Shown: one piece after another, positions 25,273 through 34,439 of the stretch
Numbering within the stretch: position 1 is the first letter of the stretch
Layout: every line of letters starts with the position of its first letter
Source: an uncultured Gammaproteobacteria bacterium
Lineage (GTDB): Bacteria; Pseudomonadota; Gammaproteobacteria; Legionellales; Legionellaceae
Reading direction: 5' to 3'
Assembly: GCA_963784615.1 (NCBI GenBank)
Contig: CAWASG010000001.1
Coordinates: 1,824,046 to 1,888,045, forward strand
DNA length: 64,000 bases
The notes under the pieces: model-generated
The model's database searches: none
Seen by the model: the letters and a program-made list of their open reading frames with translations, nothing else
What the model was told of the DNA's origin: nothing
Position numbers and translations under genes: made by a program

Positions 25273-25311
25273 GGACAGAACAGCATGAAAAAAGACTCAT
25301 GCTGTTCTGTC
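25273..25311. promoter_or_regulatory. perfect 16-bp hairpin with an AAAAAGAC loop, 20 bp upstream of the pepN start codon
   Basis: GGACAGAACAGCATGA-AAAAAGAC-TCATGCTGTTCTGTCC. It shares an exact 18-nt core (CATGAAAAAAGACTCATG) with the hairpin at 59380-59415. Confidence 0.6.
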
Positions 25312-25495
25312 CAAGCAATGTTGTGATAGGATTTGAGCAAAAGCGCATGCTTCTTTTTGCATGCGCTTTTGCTTAAACTCCAATCTGTGATCTATACTCA
25401 AAGTAAGGATTAGTTTCTCGTTTTTAGGGAATAAAAACCAGTTTTTTTTGAAATAAAAATACCCAGCAGAAAGAGAAAAACAAGGGAGAAGCATT

Positions 25496-27427
25496 ATGAG
25501 CACGCAAGAGTTTTTGTCTGACTATACCAAGCGCTTTGTGGATAACAAAGAAGAAGAGATGAGCCTGCAGGAATATTTGGATCTCTGTGCAACAGATCCA
25601 TCGGCTTATGCGAATCCAGCGGAGCGGTTGTTAATGGCCATTGGCGAACCGGAGTTGGTTGATACTCGTCACGACCCGGTGTTGTCTCGATTGTTCTCCA
25701 ATAAAATCATTTCGCGTTATGCCGTGTTTAAAGACTTCTATGGATTGGAAGAGCCGATTGAGCAAATCGTTGGTTTTTTAAAGCACGCGGCACAGGGGCT
25801 TGAAGAAACCAAGCAAGTCTTGTATCTCTTGGGGCCTGTGGGTGGCGGGAAGTCGTCGCTGGCGGAGAAACTCAAAGAGCTCATGCAGAAAGTCCCTTTT
25901 TATGCGATCAAAGGCTCGCCAGTGTTTGATTCTCCCTTGTCGCTGTTTAACCCGGAAGAAGATGCTGAGTTGTTACAAGATCGCTTCGGCATTCCTTCAC
26001 GTCATTTACGTTATACCTTGTCTCCATGGGCCATTAAACGACTCCATGAATACAATGGTGACATTAACCAGTTTCGCGTGATTAAAGTCAGGCCTTCACG
26101 CTCAAAGCAAATTGCGATTGCAAAAACCGAACCAGGCGATGAAAACAATCAGGATATTTCATCACTCGTCGGTAAAGTGGATATTCGAAAATTAGAGCAA
26201 TTTTCTCAAGATGATCCCGATGCCTATAGTTATTCCGGCGGATTGTGTCGTGCTAATCGGGGATTGCTCGAATTTGTGGAAATGTTCAAGGCACCGATTA
26301 AAGTCTTGCACCCCTTGCTGACGGCAACGCAGGAAGGGAATTACAATGCTACGGAAGGGTTGTCATCGATTCCTTTTGAAGGGATTATTTTGGCGCATTC
26401 CAATGAGGCTGAATGGCAAACCTTTAGAAATAATAAAAACAATGAAGCGTTTATCGATCGTATCAATATCGTTAAAGTGCCTTATTGTTTGCGTTTTTCT
26501 GAAGAGAAGAAAATTTATCAAAAATTATTGGATAACAGTTCTTTGTCGAAAGCGTCTTGTGCACCGGGTACTTTAGAAATGTTAGCGCAATTTTCCGTGT
26601 TGACTCGCCTGAAAGATCCACAGAATTCAAACATATTTTCTAAAATGCGCGTGTATGACGGGGAGGGTATTAAAGATACCGATCCGAAGGCCAAATCCTA
26701 TCAGGAATACCGTGATTTTGGTGGCGTTGATGAGGGCATGAGTGGTATTTCAACGCGGTTTGCTTTCAAGATTTTGTCTAAAGTATTTAATTTTGATCAC
26801 ACCGAAATTGCCGCTAACCCGGTTCATTTACTCTATGTTCTTGAGCGACAAATTGAGCAGGAGCAATTCCCGCAAGAAATTCAAGAAAAATACCTGGCTT
26901 ATATCAAAGAATATTTATCACCTAAATACGTCGAGTTTATTGGCAAAGAGATTCAAACGGCCTATTTAGAATCGTACTCAGAGTATGGCCAAAATATTTT
27001 TGACCGATACATCACTTACGCGGATTTCTGGATTCAGGATCAAGATTATCGTGATCCGGATACAGGCGAAATTTTTGACCGAGAGTCTTTGAATGCTGAT
27101 TTAGAGAAAATTGAAAAACCAGCAGGGATCTCCAATCCAAAAGATTTTCGTAATGAGGTGGTGAATTTTGTGCTTCGGGCACGGGCGAATAATCACGGGA
27201 AAAATCCGAAATGGAATAGTTATGAAAAATTAAAAACTGTGATTGAGAAAAAAATGTTTACGAATACTGAGGATTTATTACCGGTGATTTCGTTTAATGC
27301 CAAAGCCTCTGAAGATGACAAGAAAAAACACGCGGACTTTATCGACAGAATGGTGGATAAGGGTTACACCGCCAAGCAAGTTCGATTGTTGTGCGAGTGG
27401 TATTTACGGGTGCGTAAATCGCAGTAA
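25496..27427 (+). CDS. yeaG: PrkA/YeaG family serine protein kinase
   Basis: 643 aa with an LLGPVGGGKSSLAEKLK P-loop. First gene of the conserved yeaG-yeaH-ycgB triad. Confidence 0.92.
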   Translation: MSTQEFLSDYTKRFVDNKEEEMSLQEYLDLCATDPSAYANPAERLLMAIGEPELVDTRHDPVLSRLFSNKIISRYAVFKDFYGLEEPIEQIVGFLKHAAQGLEETKQVLYLLGPVGGGKSSLAEKLKELMQKVPFYAIKGSPVFDSPLSLFNPEEDAELLQDRFGIPSRHLRYTLSPWAIKRLHEYNGDINQFRVIKVRPSRSKQIAIAKTEPGDENNQDISSLVGKVDIRKLEQFSQDDPDAYSYSGGLCRANRGLLEFVEMFKAPIKVLHPLLTATQEGNYNATEGLSSIPFEGIILAHSNEAEWQTFRNNKNNEAFIDRINIVKVPYCLRFSEEKKIYQKLLDNSSLSKASCAPGTLEMLAQFSVLTRLKDPQNSNIFSKMRVYDGEGIKDTDPKAKSYQEYRDFGGVDEGMSGISTRFAFKILSKVFNFDHTEIAANPVHLLYVLERQIEQEQFPQEIQEKYLAYIKEYLSPKYVEFIGKEIQTAYLESYSEYGQNIFDRYITYADFWIQDQDYRDPDTGEIFDRESLNADLEKIEKPAGISNPKDFRNEVVNFVLRARANNHGKNPKWNSYEKLKTVIEKKMFTNTEDLLPVISFNAKASEDDKKKHADFIDRMVDKGYTAKQVRLLCEWYLRVRKSQ

Positions 27428-27442
27428 AATCAGAGTTCTGCG

Positions 27443-27526
27443 TAGGTTGGGTTGAGGCTGGTAAGCCGAAGCCCAACAAAACCATCCATGTTGGGCTTCG
27501 GCTTACCAGCCTCAACCCAACCTACG
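27443..27526. repeat. REP-like palindrome between prkA and yeaH
   Basis: Full copy (GGTAAGCCGAAG subtype), followed by two AACCTACGTGC partial repeats. Confidence 0.9.
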
Positions 27527-27589
27527 TGCTCAATCGAACCTACGTGCAACCTAGGGACATAAGCAGTAATCACAGGGGGTAACCAAGCC

Positions 27590-28852
27590 ATGACGCAACT
27601 TATCGATCGTCGACAAAATGCTGGTAAGAAAAGCACGGTTAATCGGCAGCGATTTTTGCGTCGTTATGCAAAGCAAATTAAGCAAGCGGTGACCGATGCG
27701 ACTGGCAAGCGTAAAATAACGGAAATTGCCAAGGGTGAACAAATCACGATTCCGGCCAAGGATATTGCTGAGCCGCGGTTTCATCGTGGTGAGGGCGGCA
27801 AGGTCGAACGCATTCTTCCAGGTAACGATGTCTTTAATGCAGGCGATCGCGTAAAACGTCCTGATGGCGCTCAGGGTGATGGCGGTGGCAGTGAGGCGAG
27901 TAATCAAGGTGAAGGGGAGGATGATTTCGTCTTTCAAATCTCAAGAGAAGAGTTTTTAGAAATTTATTTTGAAGATTTGGAATTACCTGATTTAGTAAAA
28001 AAAGAATTGGCGAGTCTGCCGAATTTTAAAACGGTGCGTGCGGGCATCACCAGCAGCGGCACGCCAACGAATATCAACGTCCCTCGCTCCATGCGTCAAG
28101 CAACAGGGCGTCGTGTGGCGCTCTCATCTCCACGCAAACAAGAATTACGCGAAACACAAGCTGCACTGGATGCCTTGCTTGCAGCAGACAGCCCTGATGA
28201 AGCTGAGAAGCTTCGCTTGCAAGAGCGTATTACTTTCTTGCAAGGACGCATCAACGCTATTCCCTTTATTGATACCTTTGATTTACGTTACAACAGTCGT
28301 GTACGCGTCAAAGTGCCCACAGCACAAGCCGTGATGTTTTGCGTGATGGACGTTTCAGGTTCGATGGATGAAGCGAAAAAAGACATCGCCAAACGCTTTT
28401 TTATTCTGTTGTATCTTTTTTTAACGCGAAATTACAAAAAAATTGATTTGGTTTTTATCCGCCATCACACGTCAGCCAAGGAAGTGAATGAGGAAGAGTT
28501 TTTCTACTCACGTGAAACCGGCGGGACGGTGGTATCGAGCGCACTCGAGTTGCTCTATGAGACGATTCAAAAGCGTTATAACCCTGCCGCGTGGAATATT
28601 TATGTTGCCCAGGCGTCTGATGGGGATAACTGGAATGCTGATTCGCCTTATTGCCTGGAGTTACTCGAAGACAAAATTATGCCGCTGCTGCAATATTTTG
28701 CTTATATCGAAATTATGCCGCGTCATCATCAAAGCCTGTGGGAAGTGTATCAAACGATACATGACCAGCATGCTAATTTTGCGATGGAAAATATAGATAC
28801 GGTGGCTGATATTTATCCAGTCTTTCATGAGTTATTTAAAAGGAAAGTCTGA
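27590..28852 (+). CDS. yeaH: YeaH family protein (DUF444, vWA-like)
   Basis: 420 aa; N-terminal LIDRRQNAGKKSTVNRQRFLRRY is characteristic. Follows prkA. Confidence 0.9.
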   Translation: MTQLIDRRQNAGKKSTVNRQRFLRRYAKQIKQAVTDATGKRKITEIAKGEQITIPAKDIAEPRFHRGEGGKVERILPGNDVFNAGDRVKRPDGAQGDGGGSEASNQGEGEDDFVFQISREEFLEIYFEDLELPDLVKKELASLPNFKTVRAGITSSGTPTNINVPRSMRQATGRRVALSSPRKQELRETQAALDALLAADSPDEAEKLRLQERITFLQGRINAIPFIDTFDLRYNSRVRVKVPTAQAVMFCVMDVSGSMDEAKKDIAKRFFILLYLFLTRNYKKIDLVFIRHHTSAKEVNEEEFFYSRETGGTVVSSALELLYETIQKRYNPAAWNIYVAQASDGDNWNADSPYCLELLEDKIMPLLQYFAYIEIMPRHHQSLWEVYQTIHDQHANFAMENIDTVADIYPVFHELFKRKV

Positions 28853-30375
28853 TGAGAAAGAAAAAACCGCTGTCAACCACATCTGAATGGACGTTTGAAT
28901 TACTCAACGACTACGATCGTGAGATAGGCCGTTTGGCCAAAGCATTTAAGCTGAGCACTTATCCCAATCAAATCGAAGTGATCACCGCTGAGCAAATGAT
29001 GGATTGTTATGCCTCGGTTGGTATGCCGATTAATTACCATCACTGGTCTTATGGAAAGCATTTTATTGGTGTTGAGAAAAGCTATCAACGCGGCGAAATG
29101 GGGTTGGCTTATGAATTGGTGATTAATTCCAATCCCTGTATTGCGTATTTGATGGAAGAAAATACGATGGCGATGCAGGCCTTAGTAATCGCCCATGCCT
29201 GTTATGGCCATAATTCGTTTTTTAAAAATAATTATTTATTTAAAATGTGGACGTCCGCGGATGCAATTGTGGATTATTTAGTGTTTGCCCGGCGCTATAT
29301 CAGTGAATGTGAAGAGCGATACGGCATCGATGAAGTTGAGTCTACGCTCGATGCTTGTCATGCCTTGATGAATTATGGTGTTGATCGTTACAAGCACCCG
29401 AGTAGCTTGTCATTGCAAGAAGAAAAAATTCGCCAGCAAAATCGCGAGATGTATTTGCAAACGCAGGTGAATGAATTATGGCGAACGATCCCGCAGGCCA
29501 AAGGGGCGTTAAAAGACATCGAGAAAAAGCGCTTTCCTGAAGAGCCGCAAGAAAATCTGCTCTATTTTATCGAAAAAAATGCGCCACTTCTGCAACCTTG
29601 GCAACGGGAGATTGTGCGTATTGTCAGAAAAATGGCGCAGTATTTTTATCCTCAAGGACAAACCAAAGTGATGAATGAAGGGTGGGCAACCTTCTGGCAT
29701 TATACGTTGATGAATGCGCTTTATGATGAGCGCTTGGTGACGGATGAGTTTATGCTGGAAATTTTGCAAAATCACACCAACGTCATTCGCCAACCGGCCT
29801 ATAATAGCCCTCATTTCAGTGGCATCAACCCCTATACGCTGGGTTTTCATATGATGCAAGACATCCGGCGTATTTGTGAAAATCCTACCGATGAAGACAA
29901 ACAATGGTTCCCGCATTTGGCCAATACAGACTGGCTGACAAGCCTTGATGACGCCATGCGTAATTACAAAGATGAAAGCTTTATCGCCCAGTTTTTATCA
30001 CCGCATTTGATGCGCGAGTTAAAGCTGTTTCATATGGTTGATGATACTCAGAATCCTGAATTATGGATTCAATCGATTCACAACGACCAAGGCTACCAAC
30101 ACATCCGGGAAGCCTTATCCAGTCAATACAATTTAGGTAATCAAGAGCCCAATATTCAAGTCTATTCGGTGGACATAGAAGGCGATCGCTCACTCACCCT
30201 TCATCATACACAACATAATCGCGTGCCACTGGGCGCATCGACGGCCGAGGTATTAAAGCATTTGTACACGTTATGGAAGTTTCCCGTCGTGCTTAAAACC
30301 GTTGATCTGCAACAAAAGGTTACCGCAGAATATCACTGCCCGCCGAAAGCAGAGGCAAGTGGCACGAAACCGTAG
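28852..30375 (+). CDS. ycgB: SpoVR family protein
   Basis: 507 aa, third member of the PrkA-YeaH-SpoVR module. Its TAG stop lies inside the GTAGG head of a mini-REP element. Confidence 0.9.
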   Translation: MRKKKPLSTTSEWTFELLNDYDREIGRLAKAFKLSTYPNQIEVITAEQMMDCYASVGMPINYHHWSYGKHFIGVEKSYQRGEMGLAYELVINSNPCIAYLMEENTMAMQALVIAHACYGHNSFFKNNYLFKMWTSADAIVDYLVFARRYISECEERYGIDEVESTLDACHALMNYGVDRYKHPSSLSLQEEKIRQQNREMYLQTQVNELWRTIPQAKGALKDIEKKRFPEEPQENLLYFIEKNAPLLQPWQREIVRIVRKMAQYFYPQGQTKVMNEGWATFWHYTLMNALYDERLVTDEFMLEILQNHTNVIRQPAYNSPHFSGINPYTLGFHMMQDIRRICENPTDEDKQWFPHLANTDWLTSLDDAMRNYKDESFIAQFLSPHLMRELKLFHMVDDTQNPELWIQSIHNDQGYQHIREALSSQYNLGNQEPNIQVYSVDIEGDRSLTLHHTQHNRVPLGASTAEVLKHLYTLWKFPVVLKTVDLQQKVTAEYHCPPKAEASGTKP

Positions 30376-30410
30376 GTTGGGTTGAGGCTAGGAACCTCAG
30401 CCCAACCCAC
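30372..30410. repeat. degenerate mini-REP overlapping the spoVR stop codon
   Basis: GTAGGTTGGGTTGAGGCTAGGAACCTCAGCCCAACCCAC. The spoVR TAG stop is the TAG of the element head. Confidence 0.7.
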
Positions 30411-30454
30411 GGCGTTCATTGACAAAAGTCGCACATCGTTCTAATATGTTAAAT

Positions 30455-30751
30455 ATGACAATAAAAAAAATACATTATGAATTTTCAGCTGATAAAAATC
30501 GCACTTTAATACAGGAGCGAGGTGTTAGCTTTGAAGATGTTATATCGGCATTAGATAACGAGAAATTGCTTGATATTCTCAAGCACCATAATGATTTGAA
30601 GTATCCAAATCAAATGATCTATGTCATTAATCTTAATGGATACATATATTTAGTGCCATTTGTAAGAAAAAATGAGCACGTCATTTTTCTCAAAACTATT
30701 TTTCCAAGCCGAAAACTGACCAAAATATATTTAAGTGATAGGGGTGTGTGA
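30455..30751 (+). CDS. brnT: BrnT-like toxin (DUF497, RelE/ParE-fold ribonuclease family)
   Basis: Track ORF 30419..30751. Start taken at MTIKKIHYEFSADKNRTL. The ERGVSFEDV...VPFVRKNE..IFLKTIFPSRKLTKIY pattern matches BrnT, and the 4-nt ATGA overlap with the next gene is typical of TA pairs. Confidence 0.7.
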   Translation: MTIKKIHYEFSADKNRTLIQERGVSFEDVISALDNEKLLDILKHHNDLKYPNQMIYVINLNGYIYLVPFVRKNEHVIFLKTIFPSRKLTKIYLSDRGV

Positions 30752-31047
30752 TGAAAAAAATACAAGACGTGTTTAATGTTCAACTTGATCAAGAAGAGAA
30801 AGAACTTTTGGAGTCGGTTGAGCGTGGTGAATGGCAAACGGTAAAAACAGTTGAAGAAGAAATGGCTCTTTCTAAGGAAGCTGCAGCAAATTTTCATCGT
30901 AAAGATGAGCGTATAACGCTTCGTCTCTCGAGTGGCGATCTTGATCGTTTAAAACAAAAAGCGGCTTATAAAGGCCTGCCTTATCAAACATTTATCGCTA
31001 GCGTGTTACATGAGTACGCGGCAGGACACTTTAAAGAAGTAGCTTAG
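30748..31047 (+). CDS. brnA: BrnA-like antitoxin (ribbon-helix-helix)
   Basis: 99 aa; the C-terminal RITLRLSSGDLDRLKQKAAYKGLPYQTFIASVLHEY is the BrnA RHH motif. Translationally coupled to brnT. Confidence 0.7.
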   Translation: MMKKIQDVFNVQLDQEEKELLESVERGEWQTVKTVEEEMALSKEAAANFHRKDERITLRLSSGDLDRLKQKAAYKGLPYQTFIASVLHEYAAGHFKEVA

Positions 31048-31220
31048 GGCCATTTAATCTTAGCCCGCATGAACTGTTTTTTTCAATCCATACGGGCTGA
31101 TGATTCACTGTTGTGGTGTAGACGTTGGCAAATCAGCTGGCAAAGACATTTTTGCAGCAGCCGTTGCCAAATCCGATAGCCTTTGTGGGTTTCTTCCCGT
31201 TTTTTCGGTTGAAAAGAACG

Positions 31221-32780
31221 TCAGGCCATCAGGGTTTCTCGTAAGCTTTGTTGTATTTCTGCTGTAATCACTCTTGCTTGTCCTGCGTTGGCATCAATTT
31301 GTGCAATGGCTGCTTTATTCTCAGCGATTCGTCGATTGGCCTCGGCGGTTGATTGTTGTGTTCCCAGTTGGCGGATGGTCTCATGATAGACGCCATCAGC
31401 AGGAAGAATTTTGGTAATTTGTAAATCAGAAATACGCAGCCCCCAATCTTTCGCTTTTTCATCTAGCGCATTAACCAAGTCATCATGAATTTGGCTCAAC
31501 TTTTCGGTTCTTTTTGAGCTATGATGCGCTTCATCAGTATGAAGAGATGGTGCTATATCCGCCGAACTAAAGCGACTAAGAATAGTACGTAGAGTACCAT
31601 CAGCGAAAGTCTTCAAAAAGTTAATAATAGAAGAGATACCTAGTCCCACGGTTTTCAGTGGTTCCTCTACTCGATAAACCAACATTGATTCTGCTTGCAT
31701 CTCGATTTGATCACTACACATCACGGTCAATGGCGGTAATACAACACCTTGAGGGCTTGTTGTAATTATGGCATTAAAAAAATTGCCCTCTTCTTGTTTT
31801 ATTTCATGTTTACCCGGCCCTTTAGTGATAACACCTATCTGCGTATTGATAACGGCGACTTGGCCTTCTTTAACCGTAATGATTTTATAAGCACCTAAAT
31901 CCACCACATCATTTTGAATCGATACTTTTTTAACAAAAATATGATCCGCGGGCAAAACATGTCTTCCGGGTTCGAGTAAACAAAATATCCCCTTTTGGTA
32001 GGACTCACCTAATTCGCCATTACGGATGGTCACATAACGTTTATTGCCCAGTCTAAAATCGTCATGACCAATATGTTGTAAGCCGTTAGTTTGATCAAAT
32101 GTTTCATTATCATAGGTCTTGATTTCATGAATGCCAGGATGCAATTCTACAAAATTTCCTGCGGCATCTGTTTTGACACCTAAATAACCCTCTTTAATTC
32201 TCACTAGCTTGATAGGGCCAAAATCGATGTAATCATCAGCGATATTTTTAACACCATTCAAAACCTCTCCAGCAGCGATATTGATCTCATGCACGCCTTG
32301 ATCCAACCGGATAAGCCGGCTGTTTGCATCCGTTTTGTATCCTATTTGATCGCCTCGGACTCGGACGATTCGTAGAGATCCAAAATGACTATCGGGATTT
32401 GTAATGGGTTGAATATCTGTCGCTGGATTAAAGCGTTCATTATTCGAAACATCAATGATATGAATGCCAGGATTTAGTCTTATAAGCGTGCCGTTTGAAT
32501 TTGTTTTATAAGCGATTTGATTCGCATCAACACGAACTCTTTTAAATGGGCCAAAATCGATATAATCTAACGATTTGTTAAAAATTTCGCCAAATGTATC
32601 GAAAGGGTAAGGACGAAAATGAAGTCCTTCTTCAATCAGCTCGGTAGTTCCATCGTTAGACTGAACCAAACATAACTCATCCGATTGAACCCGCCGGATG
32701 CTTTTTGCTAAAGCAAGCCAACCAATAACCGGGATAGCCAAATATACAGCTCCCAATACATATTTAAAAAAGCTATTCAT
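31221..32780 (-). CDS. membrane-anchored SPFH (band-7) domain protein with six N-terminal tandem about 55-aa repeats
   Basis: 519 aa with an N-terminal TM helix. Six repeats follow the motif [D]FGP.K.V.V..GQ.G.KTD..G..I.L.PG.HEI. The C-terminal domain (MLVYRVEEPLKTV ... coiled-coil AEANRRIAENKAAIAQIDANAGQARVITAEIQQ) is stomatin/HflK-like. Confidence 0.7.
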   Translation of the reverse strand: MNSFFKYVLGAVYLAIPVIGWLALAKSIRRVQSDELCLVQSNDGTTELIEEGLHFRPYPFDTFGEIFNKSLDYIDFGPFKRVRVDANQIAYKTNSNGTLIRLNPGIHIIDVSNNERFNPATDIQPITNPDSHFGSLRIVRVRGDQIGYKTDANSRLIRLDQGVHEINIAAGEVLNGVKNIADDYIDFGPIKLVRIKEGYLGVKTDAAGNFVELHPGIHEIKTYDNETFDQTNGLQHIGHDDFRLGNKRYVTIRNGELGESYQKGIFCLLEPGRHVLPADHIFVKKVSIQNDVVDLGAYKIITVKEGQVAVINTQIGVITKGPGKHEIKQEEGNFFNAIITTSPQGVVLPPLTVMCSDQIEMQAESMLVYRVEEPLKTVGLGISSIINFLKTFADGTLRTILSRFSSADIAPSLHTDEAHHSSKRTEKLSQIHDDLVNALDEKAKDWGLRISDLQITKILPADGVYHETIRQLGTQQSTAEANRRIAENKAAIAQIDANAGQARVITAEIQQSLRETLMA

Positions 32781-33025
32781 AAGATTTCCTTAGTGAGTGA
32801 AGTGTTTTACCATTGAGATTATACGGGGCGGATTATTAATGAATTATTAAGTGATCTGTAATTACTGACCGCACAGGGATGTGGATGATGAGCGCAAACA
32901 GCCCCCTAATCACAACCAAAAATCAAAAAAAATGGCGTATACTTACAACCATCGCCAGTACAAGTGAGAATAAGGCAAAGTTACTTAGAATTTGTCAATG
33001 AAACGCTACTAGGTGAGCGAGGCGC

Positions 33026-34015
33026 GTGATGAAAAAAAACAAGATAGAGGTAAGCCCCTTTGACGCTCGCGGGCCTGATATTTATCAGGGTGAAGACCTG
33101 CGCATCCAACAAGCTTTAGGGTGTCATCTTAAAACAAAATTGGTGCATGACATCGATGCTCTAGCGAAATGTTGGGAGGGGAGAAAAAGAAATTATCTTC
33201 CTGCGAATACAGGTCCGTTGGCGAAAGACTGGTCCCGTGAGGCATTGGTGAAAGCCATGGAGGCCAATTTAAATGTGCATATGACCTATTTTGCACAATA
33301 CCTTCCTCAAGTTGAACTCATCCGGGTTCCTGGATATACCATCGTGAACTCGGGCTTATGGGATGACACGTTTAATTATGTCGTTGATGCGGATTTTTCC
33401 TCAGCCGAGGCGGACAAGAAAATAGCCGAAATAACCGATTACTTCGCAGAGAAAAACATTCCCTTCTCATGGTGGGTAAGTCCACATGATAAACCAGACG
33501 ATTTGCCAAGCCATTTAGAAAAGCAGGGTTACGTGAACACCGAAAATAACTGTGCCATGTATTTTGATTTGGATGCGTGGGATGGGCAGATCTCCTTACC
33601 GCCCTCACTTGAAATTAGACGCGCGACGGATGAAACCACATTGCGAGACTTTGCATTGGTATTGGCCAATGATGAAGCCGCGTTTGCACAGTATTTTTCC
33701 TGGGTCGCGTCGATATTAACCAACGAGGATCCCATCGAATATTATGTGGGTTATGTGGATGGCAAGCCGGTTGTTCGCGGTTTATCCTGCTATTCTGCCC
33801 AAGTGGCGGGGCTGCATTGGCTCTCAACGGTTCCTGCCGAGCGCAAGAAAGGCTATGGTGCGGCCATGCAGCAACACCGATTAAAACGCGCAAAAGAATT
33901 GGGTTATCATATCGCTGTTTTGCAAGCATCTGATGAAGGGTATGCTTTGTACCGGCGCTTAGGGTATCAAGAGTGTGGGTATTTTCGCGAGTTTAAATTA
34001 AGTTCTCGTGTCTAA
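33026..34015 (+). CDS. GNAT family N-acetyltransferase (two-lobed)
   Basis: 329 aa. The C-terminal GLHWLSTVPAERKKGYGAAMQQHRLKRAKELGY...LQASDEGYALYRRLGYQE is a canonical acetyl-CoA-binding motif A/B. Confidence 0.75.
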   Translation: MMKKNKIEVSPFDARGPDIYQGEDLRIQQALGCHLKTKLVHDIDALAKCWEGRKRNYLPANTGPLAKDWSREALVKAMEANLNVHMTYFAQYLPQVELIRVPGYTIVNSGLWDDTFNYVVDADFSSAEADKKIAEITDYFAEKNIPFSWWVSPHDKPDDLPSHLEKQGYVNTENNCAMYFDLDAWDGQISLPPSLEIRRATDETTLRDFALVLANDEAAFAQYFSWVASILTNEDPIEYYVGYVDGKPVVRGLSCYSAQVAGLHWLSTVPAERKKGYGAAMQQHRLKRAKELGYHIAVLQASDEGYALYRRLGYQECGYFREFKLSSRV

Positions 34016-34028
34016 ACTAGTACTTCAT

Positions 34029-34222
34029 CCATTTAGTTTTGACCGGTTGATATAGGCAGATTAACACTATTTTGAACAGCGTCGTTGCGAGCGAAGCGCG
34101 GCAATCCAGAGTTCAGAGCACGGTACTCTGGATTGCTTCGTGCCTCGCAACGACGCCACCTGCAAGTTCATCGTTACTGCTTATATTGAAGCTACTGGCG
34201 TGAACCGGTCAAAACTAAATGG
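34029..34222. mobile_element. MITE family A, copy 1 (194 bp)
   Basis: Terminal inverted repeats CCATTTAGTTTTGACCGGT / ACCGGTCAAAACTAAATGG. Core palindrome CGTCGTTGCGAGCGAAGCGCGGCAATCCAGAG..CTCTGGATTGC. No coding capacity. Confidence 0.85.
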
Positions 34223-34292
34223 AAACGGTAATAGTAATGACCATTACTAAGTTATTTTGAATTTATGTCAATATCCTGACGTATAATCAGGA

Positions 34293-34435
34293 CCGTAGTC
34301 TGGGTGCCGCCCGCTCAATATTATAATTACACACGAAACTTGGTGCGGCAACCGGGTTGGGTATGATGCGGCGTTAAGGAATCAACACCGTATTCAATGT
34401 TGACGGGGCACTAGCCACCCGGCTGCCTCGCCGTT
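34293..34435. repeat. foldback repeat family C, copy 1 (ends 5 bp before the ATPase stop)
   Basis: CCGTAGTCTGGGTGCCGCCCGCTCAATATTATAATTACACACGAAACTTGGTGCGGCAACCGGGTTGGGT...GGAATCAACACCGTATTCAATGTT. About 88% identical to copy 2. Confidence 0.8.
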
Positions 34436-34439
34436 GAAA

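Noticed and set aside
25297-25503. 68-aa minus-strand ORF in the pepN/prkA divergent spacer
   Set aside because: It overlaps the prkA start and two perfect hairpins. No homology. Most likely regulatory DNA.
27551-27937. 128-aa minus-strand ORF overlapping yeaH
   Set aside because: Antisense to the conserved yeaH frame.
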